Assembly (NCBI RefSeq): GCF_963921235.1
Contig: NC_086108.1
Coordinates: forward strand, 5,084,001 to 5,148,000
Length of the DNA stretch: 64,000 nucleotides
Reading direction: 5' to 3'
Source: Mobula hypostoma
Lineage: Eukaryota
Numbering within the stretch: the first letter of the stretch is position 1; every line of letters starts with the position of its first letter. The position numbers were made by a program, and so were the translations under genes. The notes below the pieces were generated by a model. That model did no database searches. It was not told the origin of the DNA and was given only the letters and a program-made list of their open reading frames with translations. Shown here piece after piece: positions 1-12,700 of the stretch.

Positions 1-3000
1 AGGGAATCCCTCTACGAGTGTCAGTGGTTACAGTGAGGGGGGGAATCCCTGTACGAGTGTCAGTGGTTATAGTGAGGGGGGGAATCCCTGTACGAGTGTC
101 AGTGGTTACAGTGAGAGGGGATTCCTGTACGATTGTCAGTGGTTACAGTGACGGGGGGGGGGGGGAGGGAATCCCTGTACGAGTGTCAGTGGTTACAGTG
201 AGGGAGGTAATCCCTGTACGAGTGTCAGTGGTTACAGTCAGTGGGGGGAATCCCTGTACGAGTGTCAGTGGTTACAGTGAGGGAGGGAATCCCTGTACGA
301 GTGTCAGTGGTTACAGTGAGGGGGGAATCCCTGTACGAGTGTCAGTGGTTACAGTGAGGGAGGGAATCCCTGTACGAGTGTCAGTGGTTACAGTGAGGGG
401 GGAATCCCTGTACGAGTGTCAGTGGTTACAGTGACGGGGGGGGGGAATCCCTGTACGAGTGTCAGTGGTTACAGTGAGGGAGGGAATCCCTGTACGAGTG
501 TCAGTGGTTACAGTCAGTGGGGGAAATCCCTGTACGAGTGTCAGTGGTTACAGTGACGGGGGGGGAATCCCTGTACGAGTGTCAGTGGTTACAGTGGGGG
601 GGGGGAATCCCTGTACGAGTGTCAGTGGTTACAGTGAGGGAGGGAATCCCTGTACGAGTGTCAGTGGTTACAGTGAGGGGGGAATCCCTGTACGAGTGTC
701 AGTGATTACAGTGAGGGGGAGGGAATCCCTGTATGAGAGTCAGTGGTTACAGTGACGGGGGGAATCCCTGTATGAGTGTCAGTGGTTACAGTGAGGGGGA
801 GAGTCCCTGTACGAGTGTCAGTGGTTACAGTGAGGGGGGAATCCCTGTACGACTGTCAGTGGTTACAGTGAGGGGGAGAATCCCTATACGAGTGTCAGTG
901 GTTACAGTGAGGGGGGAATCCCTCTAAGAGTGTCAGTGGTTACAGTGAGGGGGGGAATCCCTGTACGAGTGTCAGTGGTTACAGTGAGGGAGGGAATCCC
1001 TGTACGACTGTCAGTGGTTACAGTGAGGGAGGGAATCCCTCTACGGGTGTCAGTGGTTACAGTGAGGGGGGGAATATCTGTACGAGTGTCAGTGGTTACA
1101 GTGAGGGGGGGAATCCCTGTACGAGTGTCAGTGGTTACAGTGAGGGAGGGAATCCCTGTACGAGTGTCAGTGGTTACAGTGGGGGGGGGAATCCCTGTAT
1201 GAGTGTCAGTGGTTACAGTAAGGGAGGGAATCCCTCTACGAGTGTCAGTGGTTACAGTGAGGGGGGAATCCCTGTACGAGTGTCAGTGATTACAGTAAGG
1301 GGGAGGGAATCCCTGTATGAGAGTCAGTGGTTACAGTGACGGGGGGAATCCCTGTATGAGTGTCAGTGGTTACAGTGAGGGGGAGAGTCCCTGTACGAGT
1401 GTCAGTGGTTACAGTGAGGGGGGAATCCCTGTACGACTGTCAGTGGTTACAGTGAGGGGGAGAATCCCTATACGAGTGTCAGTGGTTACAGTGAGGGGGG
1501 AATCCCTCTAAGAGTGTCAGTGGTTACAGTGAGGGGGGGAATCCCTGTACGAGTGTCAGTGGTTACAGTGAGGGAGGGAATCCCTGTACGAGTGTCAGTG
1601 GTTACAGTGAGGGAGGGAATCCCTGTACGAGTGTCAGTGGTTACAGTGAGGGGGGGAATCCCTGTACGAGTGTCAGTGGTTACAGTGAGGGGGGGAATCC
1701 CTGTACGAGTGTCAGTGGTTACAGTGAGGGGGGGGAATCCCTGTACGAGTGTCAGTGGTTACAGTGAGGGAGGGAATCCCTGTATGAGTGTCAGTGGTTA
1801 CAGTCAGTGGGGGAAATCCCTGTACGAGTGTCAGTGGTTACAGTGACGGGGGGGGAATCCCTGTACGAGTGTCAGTGGTTACAGTGGGGGGGGGAATCCC
1901 TGTACGAGTGTCAGTGGTTACAGTGAGGGGGGGGGAATCCCTGTACGAGTGTCAGTGGTTACAGTGAGGGAGGTAATCCCTGTACGAGTGTCAGTGGTTA
2001 CAGTCAGTGGGGGGAATCCCTGTACGAGTCTCAGTTGTTACAGTGAGGGAGGGAATCCCTGTACGAATGTCAGTGGTTACAGGGGGCGGGGGGGATCCCT
2101 GTACGAGTGTCAGTGGTTACAGTGAGGGAGGGAATCCCTGTACGAGTGTCAGTGGTTACAGTGAGGGGGGATCCCTGTACGAGTGTCAGTGGTTACAGTG
2201 ACGGGGGGGGGGGAATCCCTGTACGAGTGTCAGTGGTTACAGTGAGGGAGGGAATCCCTGTACGAGTGTCAGTGGTTACAGTCAGTGGGGGAAATCCCTG
2301 TACGAGTGTCAGTGGTTACAGTGACGGGGGGGGGGAATCCCTGTACGAGTGTCAGTGGTTACAGTGGGGGGGGGTAATCCCTGTATGAGTGTCAGTGGTT
2401 ACAGTGAGGGAGGGAATCCCTCTACGAGTGTCAGTGGTTACAGTGAGGGGGGAATCCCTGTACGAGTGTCAGTGATTACAGTAAGGGGGAGGGAATCCCT
2501 GTATGAGAGTCAGTGGTTACAGTGACGGGGGGAATCCCTGTATGAGTGTCAGTGGTTACAGTGAGGGGGAGAGTCCCTGTACGAGTGTCAGTGGTTACAG
2601 TGAGGGGGGAATCCCTGTACGACTGTCAGTGGTTACAGTGAGGGGGAGAATCCCTATACGAGTGTCAGTGGTTACAGTGAGGGGGGAATCCCTCTAAGAG
2701 TGTCAGTGGTTACAGTGAGGGGGGGAATCCCTGTACGAGTGTCAGTGGTTACAGTGAGGGAGGGAATCCCTGTACGACTGTCAGTGGTTACAGTGAGGGA
2801 GGGAATCCCTGTACGAGTGTCAGTGGTTACAGTGAGGGGGGGAATCCCTGTACGAGTGTCAGTGGTTACAGTGAGGGGGGGGAATCCCTGTACGAGTGTC
2901 AGTGGTTACAGTGAGGGAGGGAATCCCTGTACGAATGTCAGTGGTTACAGTGGGGGGGGGAATCCCTGTATGAGTGTCAGTGGTTACAGTGAGGGAGGGA

Positions 3001-6000
3001 ATCCCTCTACGAGTGTCAGTGGTTACAGTGAGGGGGGAATCCCTGTACGAGTGTCAGTGATTACAGTAAGGGGGAGGGAATCCCTGTATGAGAGTCAGTG
3101 GTTACAGTGACGGGGGGAATCCCTGTATGAGTGTCAGTGGTTACAGTGAGGGGGAGAGTCCCTGTACGAGTGTCAGTGGTTACAGTGAGGGGGGAATCCC
3201 TGTACGACTGTCAGTGGTTACAGTGAGGGGGAGAATCCCTATACGAGTGTCAGTGGTTACAGTGAGGGGGGAATCCCTCTAAGAGTGTCAGTGGTTACAG
3301 TGAGGGGGGGAATCCCTGTACGAGTGTCAGTGGTTACAGTGAGGGAGGGAATCCCTGTACGAGTGTCAGTGGTTACAGTGAGGGAGGGAATCCCTGTACG
3401 AGTGTCAGTGGTTACAGTGAGGGGGGGAATCCCTGTACGAGTGTCAGTGGTTACAGTGAGGGGGGAATCCCAGTACGAGTGTCAGTGGTTACAGTGAGGG
3501 GGGATCCCTTACGAGTGTCAGTGGTTACACTGAGGGAGGGAATTCCTGTACGAGTGTCAGTGGTTACAGTCAGTGGGGGAAATCCCTGTACGAGTGTCAG
3601 TGGTTACAGTGAGGGGGGGAATCCCTGTACGAGTGTCAGTGGTTACAGAGGGGGGGGGAATCCCTGTACGAGTGTCAGTGGTTACAGTGAGGGAGGGAAT
3701 CCCTGTACGAGTGTCAGTGGTTACAGTCAGTGGGGGGAATCCCTGTACGAGTGTCAGTGGTTACAGTGAGGGGGGGAATCCCTGTACGAGTGTCAGTGGT
3801 TACAGTGAGGGAGGGAATCCCTCTACGAGTGTCAGTGGTTACAGTGAGGGGGGGAATCCCTGTACGAGTGTCAGTGGTTACAGTGAGGGGGGGAATCCCT
3901 GTACGAGTGTCAGTGGTTACAGTGACGGGGGGAATCCCTGTACGAGTGTCAGTGGTTACAGTCAGTGGGGGGAATCCCAGTACGAGTGTCAGTGGTTACA
4001 GTGGGAGGGGTGAATCCCTGTACGAGTGTCAGTGGTTACAGTGAGGGAGGGAATCCCTCTACGAGTGTCAGTGGTTACAGTGAGGGGGGACACCCTGTAT
4101 GAGTGTCAGTGGTTACAGTGAGGGGGGGAATCCCTGTACGAGTGTCAGTGGTTACAGTGAGGGGGGATCCCTGTACGATTGTCAGTGGTTACAGTGACGG
4201 GGGGGGGGAGGGAATCCCTGTACGAGTGTCAGTGGTTACAGTGAGGGAGGTAATCCCTGTACGAGTGTCAGTGGTTACAGTCAGTGGGGGGAATCCCTGT
4301 ACGAGTCTCAGTGGTTACAGTGAGGGAGGGAATCCCTGTACCAATGTCAGTGGTTACAGGGGGCGGGGGGGATCCCTGTACGAGTGTCAGTGGTTACAGT
4401 GAGGGAGGGGATTCCTGTACGATTGTCAGTGGTTACAGTGACGGGGGGGGGAATCCCTGTACGAGTGTCAGTGGTTACAGTGAGGGAGGGAATCCCTGTA
4501 CGAGTGTCAGTGGTTACAGTCAGTGGGGGAAATCCCTGTACGAGTGTCAGTGGTTACAGTGACGGGGGGGGAATCCCTGTACGAGTGTCAGTGGTTACAG
4601 TGGGGGGGGGGAATCCCTGTACGAGTGTCAGTGGTTACAGTGAGGGAGGGAATCCCTCTACGAGTGTCAGTGGTTACAGTGAGGAGGGGAATCCCTGTAC
4701 GAGTGTCAGTGGTTACAGTGAGGGGGGGAATCCCTGTACGAGTGTCAGTGGTTACAGTGACGGGGGGAATCCCTGTACGAGTGTCAGTGGTTACAGTCAG
4801 TGGGGGGAATCCCTGTACGAGTGTCAGTGGTTACAGTGAGGGGGGGAATCCCTGTACGAGTGTCAGTGGTTTCAGTGACGGGGGGGGGGAATCCCTGTAC
4901 GAGTGTCAGTGGTTACAGTGACGGGGGGCGAATCCCTGTACGAGTGTCAGTGGTTACAGTGAGGGGGGGAATCCCTGTACGAGTGTCAGTGGTTACAGTG
5001 AGGGGGAGAATCCCTGTACGAGTGTCAGTGGTTACAGTGAGGGAGGTAATCCCTGTACGAGTGTCAGTGGTTACAGTCAGTGGGGGAAATCCCTGTACGA
5101 GTGTCAGTGGTTACAGTGAGGGAGGGAATCCCTGTACGAGTGTCAGTGGTTACAGTGAGGGCGGGAATCCCTGTACGAGTGTCAGTGGTTACAGTGAGGG
5201 AGGGAATCCCTGTACGAGTGTCAGTGGTTACAGTGAGGGGGGGAATCCCTGTACGAGTGTCAGTGGTTACAGTGAGGGGGGGAATCCCTGTACGAGTGTC
5301 AGTGGTTACAGTGAGGGGGGGGGGAATCCCTGTACGAGTGTCAGTGGTTACAGTGGGGGGGGGGAATCCCTGTACGAGTGTCAGTGGTTACAGTGAGGGA
5401 GGGAATCCCTGTACGAGTGTCAGTGGTTACAGTGAGGGGGGGAATCCCTGTACGAGTGTCAGTGGTTACAGTGAGGGGGGGAATCCCTGTACGAGTGTCA
5501 GTGGTTACAGTGACGGGGTGGAATCCCTTACGAGTGTCAGTGGTTACAGTGAGGGAGGGAATCCCTGTACGAGTGTCAGTGGTTACAGTGAGGGGGGGGG
5601 AATCCCTGTACGAGTGTCAGTGGTTACAGTGAGGGGGGGAATCCCTGTACGAGTGTCAGTGGTTACAGTGACGGGGGGAATCCCTGTACGAGTGTCAGTG
5701 GTTACAGTGAGTGAGGGGAATCCCTGTACGAGTGTCAGTGGTTACAGTGAGGGGGGATTCCTGTACGATTCTCAGTGGTCACAGTGACGGGGGGGGGGAA
5801 TCCCTGTACGAGTGTCAGTGGTTACAGTCAGTGGGGGAAATCCCTGTACGAGTGTCAGTGGTTACAGTGAGGGGGGGAATCCCTGTACGAGTGTCAGTGG
5901 TTACAGTGAGGGGGGGGGGAATCCCTGTACGAGTGTCAGTGGTTACAGTGAGGGAGGGAATCCCTGTACGAGTGTCAGTGGTTACAGTGGGGGCGGGGAT

Positions 6001-6700
6001 CCCTGTACGAGTGTCAGTGGTTACAGTGAGGAGGGAATCCCTCTACGAGTGTCAGTGGTTACAGTGAGGGGGGGAATCCCTGTACGAGTGTCAGTGGTTA
6101 GAGTGAGGGGGGGAATCCCTGTACGAGTGTCAGTGGTTACAGTGACGGGGGGAATCCCTGTACGAGTGTCAGTGGTTACAGTCAGTGGGGGGAATCCCTG
6201 TACGAGTGTCAGTGGTTACAGTGAGGGGGGGTAATCTCTGTACGAGTGTCAGTGGTTACAGTGAGGGGGGCAATCCCTGTACGAGTGTCAGTGGTTACAG
6301 TGAGGGGGAGAATCCCTGTACGAGTGTCAGTGGTTACAGTGAGGGGGAGAATCCCTGTACGAGTGTCAGTGGTTACAGTGAGGGGGGAATCCCTGTACGA
6401 GTGTCAGTGGTTACAGTGAGGGGGGGAATCCCTGTACGAGTGTCAGTGGTTACAGTGAGTGGGGGAATCCCTGTACGATTGTCAGTGGTTACAGTGACGG
6501 GGGGGGAGGGGAATCCCTGTACGAGTGTCAGTGGTTACAGTGAGGGGGGAATCCCTGTACGAGTGTCAGTGGTTACAGTGAGGGAGGGAATCCCTGTACG
6601 AGTGTCAGTGGTTACAGTGAGGGGGGGAATCCCTGTACGAGTGTCAGTGGTTACAGTGAGGGGGGAATCCCAGTACGAGTGTCAGTGGTTACAGTGAGGG
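1..6700 (+). repeat. Subfamily A domain with nested ~585 bp and ~1.77 kb higher-order repeats
   Basis: Marker CCTCTAAGAG at 921, 1505, 2691 and 3276. Identical 64-aa pseudo-ORFs start at 733, 1317, 2503 and 3088. The right boundary is approximate. Confidence 0.8.
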
Positions 6701-9700
6701 GGGAATCCCTGTACGAGTGTCAGTGGTTACAGTGAGGGGAGGAATACCTGTACGAGTGTCAGTGGTTACAGTCAGGGGGGAATCCCAGTACGAGTGTCAA
6801 TGGTTACAGTGAGGGGGGATCCCTGTACGAGTGTCAGTGGTTACAGTGAGGGAGGGAATCCTTGTACGAGTGTCAGTGGTTACAGTGAGGGAGGGAATCC
6901 CTGTACGAGTGTCAGTGGTTACAGTGAGGGGGGGAATCCCTGTACGAGTGTCAGTGGTTACAGTGAGGGGGGAATCCCTGTACGAGTGTCAGTGGTTACA
7001 GTGAACGGGGAAATCCCTGTACAACTCTCAGTGGTTACAGTGAGGGGGGGAATCCCTGTACGAGTGTCAGTGGTTACAGTCAGGGAGGAATCCCTGTACG
7101 AGTGTCAGTGGTTACAGTGAGAGCGGGAATCCCTGTACGAGTGTCAGTGGTTACAGTGAGGGAGGGAATCCCTGTACGAGTGTCGGTGGTTACAGTGAGG
7201 GGGACACCCTGTATGAGTGTCAGTGGTTACAGTCAGTGGTGGAAATCCCTGTACGATTGTCAGTGGTTACAGTGACGGGGGGGGGAATCCCTGTACGAGT
7301 GTCAGTGGTTACAGTGAGGGGGGGGATCCCTGTACGAGTGTCAGTGGTTACAGTGAGGGGGGGGAATCCCTGTACGAGTGTCAGTGGTTACAGTGAGGGG
7401 GGAATCCCTGTACGAGTGTCAGTGGTTACAGTGAGGGGGGGAATCCCTGTACGAGTGTCAGTGGTTACAGTGAGGGGGGATCCCTGTATGAGTGTCAGTG
7501 GTTACAGTGAGTGGGGGAAATCCCTGTACGAGTGTCAGTGGTTACAGTGAGGGAGGGAATCCCTGTACGAGTGTCAGTGGTTACAGTGAGGGGGGAATCC
7601 CTGTACGAGTGTCAGTGGTTACAGTGAGGGGGGAATCCCTGTACGAGTGTCAGTGGTTACAGTGAGGGAGGTAATCCCTGTACGAGTGTCAGTGGTTACA
7701 GTGAGGGTGGAGGAGTCCCTGTACGACTGTCAGTGGTTATAGTGAGGGGGGGGAATCCCTGTACGAGTGTCAGTGGTTACAGTGAGGGGGGAATCCCTGT
7801 ACGAGTGTCAGTGTTTACAGTGAGGGGGAGGGAATCCCTGTACGAGTGTCAGTGGTTATAGTAAGGGGGGAATCCCTGTATGAGTGTCAGTGGTTACAGT
7901 GAGGGGGAATCCCTGTACGAGTGTCAGTGGTTACAGTGAGGGGAGGAATACCTGTACGAGTGTCAGTGGTTACAGTCAGGGGGGAATCCCAGTATGAGTG
8001 TCAGTGGTTACAGTGAGGGGGGGAATCCCTGTACGAGTGTCAGTGGTTACAGTGAGGGAGGGAATCCCTGTACGAGTGTCAGTGGTTACAGTGAGGGGGG
8101 AATCCCTGTACGAGTGTCAGTGGTTACAGTGAGGGGGGAATCCCTGTACGAGTGTCAGTGGTTACAGTCAGGGGGAGGGGAATCCCTGTACAAAAGTCAG
8201 TTGTTACAGTGAGGGGGGGGGATCCCTTACGAGTGTCAGTGGTTACAGTGAGGGAGGGAATCCCTGTACGAGTGTCAGTGGTTACAGTGAGGGGGGGAAT
8301 CCCTGTACGAGTGTCAGTGGTTACAGTGAGGGGGGAATCCCTGTACGAGTGTCAGTGGTTACAGTGAGGGGGGGAATCCCTGTACGAGTGTCAGTGGTTA
8401 CAGTGAGGGAGGGAATCCCTGTACGAGTGTCAGTGGTTACAGTGAGGGGGGGGGAATCCCTGTACGAGTGTCAGTGGTTACAGTGAGGGGGGGAATCCCT
8501 GTACGAGTGTCAGTGGTTACAGTGAGGGGGGGAATCCCTGTACGAGTGTCAGTGGTTACAGTGAGGGGGGGGGGAATCCCTGTACGAGTGTCAGTGGTTA
8601 CAGTGAGGGGGGAATCCCTGTACGAGTGTCAGTGGTTACAGTGAGGGGGGGAATCCCTGTACGAGTGTCAGTGGTTACAGTGAGGGGGGGAATCCCTGTA
8701 CGAGTGTCAGTGGTTACAGTGAGGGGGGAATCCCTGTACGAGTGTCAGTGGTTACAGTGAGGGGGGGAATCCCTGTACGAGTGTCAGTGGTTACAGTGAG
8801 GGGGGAATCCCTGTACGAGTGTCAGTGGTTACAGTGAGGGGGGGAATCCCTGTACGAGTGTCAGTGGTTACAGTGAGGGGGGGAATCCCTGTACGAGTGT
8901 CAGTGGTTACAGTGAGGGGGGAATCCCTGTACGAGTGTCAGTGGTTACAGTGAGGGGGGAATCCCTGTACGAGTGTCAGTGGTTACAGTGAGGGGGGGGA
9001 ATCCCTGTAGAGTGTCAGTGGTTACAGTGAGGGAGGAATCCCTGTACGAGTGTCAGTGGTTACAGTGAGGGGGGGAATCCCTGTACGAGTGTCAGTGGTT
9101 ACAGTGAGGAGGGAATCCCTGTACGAGTGTCAGTGGTTACAGTGAGGGGGGGAATCCCTGTACGAGTGTCAGTGGTTACAGTGAGGGGGGAATCCCTGTA
9201 CGAGTGTCAGTGGTTACAGTGAGGGGGGAATCCCTGTACGAGTGTCAGTGGTTACAGTGACGGGGGGGAATCCTTTACGAGTGTCAGTGGTTACAGTGAG
9301 GGAGGGAATCCCTGTACGAGTGTCAGTGGTTACAGTGAGGGGGGAATCCCTGTACGAGTGTCAGTGGTTACAGTGAGGGAGGTAATCCCTGTATGAGTAT
9401 CAGTGGTTACAGTGAGGGGGGGAATCCCTGTACGAGTGTCAGTGGTTACAGTGAGGGAGGGAATCCCTGTACGAGTGTCAGTGGTTACAGTGAGGGGGGA
9501 ATCCCTGTACGAGTGTCAGTGGTTACAGTGAGGGAGGGAATCCCTGTACGAGTGTCAGTGGTTACAGTGAGGGGGGGAATCCCTGTACGAGTGTCAGTGG
9601 TTACAGTGAGGGGGGGAATCCCTGTACGAGTGTCAGTGGTTACAGTGAGGGGGGAATCCCTGTACGAGTGTCAGTGGTTACAGTGAGGGGGGGAATCCCT

Positions 9701-12700
9701 GTACGAGTGTCAGTGGTTACAGTGAGGGGGGAATCCCTGTACGAGTGTCAGTGGTTACAGTGAGGGGGGGAATCCCTGTACGAGTGTCAGTGGTTACAGT
9801 GAGGGAGGGAATCCCTGTACGAGTGTCAGTGGTTACAGTGAGGGGGGACACCCTGTATGAGTGTCAGTGGTTACAGTCAGTGGGGGGAATCCCTGTACGA
9901 GTGTCAGTGGTTACAGTGACGGGGGGGGGAATCCCTGTACGAGTGTCAGTGGTTACAGTGAGGGAGGGAATCCCCGTACGAGTGTCAGTGGTTACAGTGA
10001 CGGGGGGGAATCCTTTACGAGTGTCAGTGGTTACCGTGAGGGAGGGAATCCCTGTACGAGTGTCAGTGGTTACAGTAAGGGGGGAATCCCTGTACGAGTG
10101 TCAGTGGTTACAGTGGGGGGGGAATCCCTGTACGAGTGTCAGTGGTTACAGTGAGGGGGGAATCCCTGTACGAGTGTCAGTGGTTACAGTGAGGGGGAAT
10201 CCCTGTACGAGTGTCAGTGGTTACAGTGAGGGGGGAATCCCTGTACGAGTGTCAGTGGTTACAGTGAGGGGAGGAATACCTGTACGAGTGTCAGTGGTTA
10301 CAGTCAGGGGGGAATCCCAGTACGAGTGTCAATGGTTACAGTGAGGGGGGATCCCTGTACGAGTGTCAGTGGTTACAGTGAGGGAGGGAATCCCTGTACG
10401 AGTGTCAGTGGTTACAGTGAGGGGGGAATCCCTGTACGAGTGTCAGTGGTTACAGTGAGGGGGGGAATCCCTGTACGAGTGTCAGTGGTTACAGTGAGGG
10501 GGGGAATCCCTGTACGAGTGTCAGTGGTTACAGTGAGGGGGGGAAACCCTGTACGAGTGTCAGTGGTTACAGTGAGGGAGGGAATCCCTGTACGAGTGTC
10601 AGTGGTTACAGTGAGGGGGGGAATCCCTGTACGAGTGTCAGTGGTTACAGTGAGGGAGGGAATCCCTGTACGAGTGTCAGTGGTTACAGTGAGGGGGGGG
10701 GGAATCCCTGTACGAGTGTCAGTGGTTACAGTGAGGGAGGGAATCCCTGTACGAGTGTCAGTGGTTACAGTGAGGGGGGAATCCCTGTACGAGTGTCAGT
10801 GGTTACAGTGATGGGGTGGAATCCCTGTACGAGTGTCAGTGGTTACAGTGATGGAGGGAATCCCTGTACGAGTGTCAGTGGTTACAGTGAGGGGGGGGGA
10901 ATCCCTGTACGAGTGTCAGTGGTTACAGTGAGGGAGGGAATCCCTGTACGAGTGTCAGTGGTTACAGTGAGGGGGGAATCCCTGTACGAGTGTCAGTGGT
11001 TACAGTGGGGGGGGGAATCACTGTACGAGTGTCAGTGGTTACAGTGTGAGGGAGGGAATCCCTGTACGAGTGTCAGTGGTTACAGTGAGTGGGGGGAATC
11101 CCTGTACGAGTGTCAGTGGTTACTGTGAGGGAGGGAATACTTCTACGAGTGTCAGTGGTTACAGTGAGGAGGGGAATCCCTGTACGAGTGTCAGTGGTTA
11201 CAGTGAGGGGGGAATCCCTGTACGAGTGTCAGTGGTTACAGTGAGGGGGGAATCCCTGTACGAGTGTCAGTGGTTACAGTGAGGGGGGGAATCCCTGTAC
11301 GAGTGTCAGTGGTTACAGTGGGGGGGGAATCCCTGTACGAGTGTCAGTGGTTACAGTGAGGGGGGGAATCCCTGTACGAGTGTCAGTGGTTACAGTGAGG
11401 GGGGAATCCCTGTACGAGTGTCGGTGGTTACAGTGAGGGGAGGAATCCCTGTACGAGTGTCAGTGGTTACAGTGAGGGGGGAATCCCTGTACGAGTGTCA
11501 GTGGTTACAGTGAGGGGGGGAATCCCTGTACGAGTGTCAGTGGTTACAGTGAGGGGGGGAATCCCTGTACGAGTGTCAGTGGTTACAGTGAGGGGGGAAT
11601 CCCTGTACGAGTGTCAGTGGTTACAGTGAGGGGGGGAATCCCTGTACGAGTGTCAGTGGTTACAGTGAGGGGGGGGAATCCCTGTACGAGTGTCAGTGGT
11701 TACAGTGAGGGAGGGAATCCCTGTACGAGTGTCAGTGGTTACAGTGAGGGGGGAATCCCTGTACGAGTGTCAGTGGTTACAGTGAGGAGGGGAATCCCTG
11801 TACGAGTGTCAGTGGTTACAGTGAGGGGGGAATCCCTGTAGCAGTGTCAGTGGTTACAGTGAGGGGGGGGAATCCCTGTACGAGTGTCAGTGGTTACAGT
11901 GAGGGGGGGAATCCCTGTACGAGTGTCAGTGGTTACAGTGAGGGGGGAATCCCTGTACGAGTGTCAGTGGTTACAGTGAGGGGGGAATCCCTGTACGAGT
12001 GTCAGTGGTTACAGTGAGGGGGGAATCCCTGTACGAGTGTCAGTGGTTACAGTGAGGGGGGAATCCCTGTACGAGTGTCAGTGGTTACAGTGAGGGGGGA
12101 ATCCCTGTACGAGTGTCAGTGGTTACAGTGAGGGAGGGAATCCCTGTACGAGTGTCAGTGGTTACAGTGAGGGGGGACACCCTGTACGAGTGTCAGTGGT
12201 TACAGTGAGGGGGGGAATCCCTGTACGAGTGTCAGTGGTTACAGTGAGGGGGGGAATCCCTGTACGAGTGTCAGTGGTTACAGTGAGGGGGGGAATCCCT
12301 GTACGAGTGTCAGTGGTTACAGTGAGGGAGGTAATCCCTGTACGAGTGTCAGTGGTTACAGTGAGGGGGGAATCCCTGTACGAGTGTCAGTGGTTACAGT
12401 GAGGGAGGGAATCCCTGTACGAGTGTCAGTGGTTGCAGTGAGGGGGGGGGGAATCCCTGTACGAGTGTCAGTGGTTACAGTGAGGGGAGGGATCCCTGTA
12501 CGAGTGTCAGTGGTTACAGTCAGTGGGGGGAATCCCTGTACGAGTGTCAGTGGTTACAGTGGGGGGGGAATCCCTGTACGAGTGTCAGTGGTTACAGTGA
12601 GGGAGGGAATCCCTGTACGAGTGTCAGTGGTTACAGTGAGGGGGGGAATCCCTGTACGAGTGTCAGTGGTTACAGTGAGGGGGGGAATCCCTGTACGAGT

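Noticed and set aside
9001..11845. One-off variants CTGTAGAG (~9005), ACAGTGTGAG (~11041) and CTGTAGCAG (~11836)
   Set aside because: These singleton-type indels or base swaps in an otherwise consensus tract are most simply explained as consensus errors and cannot be interpreted without reads.
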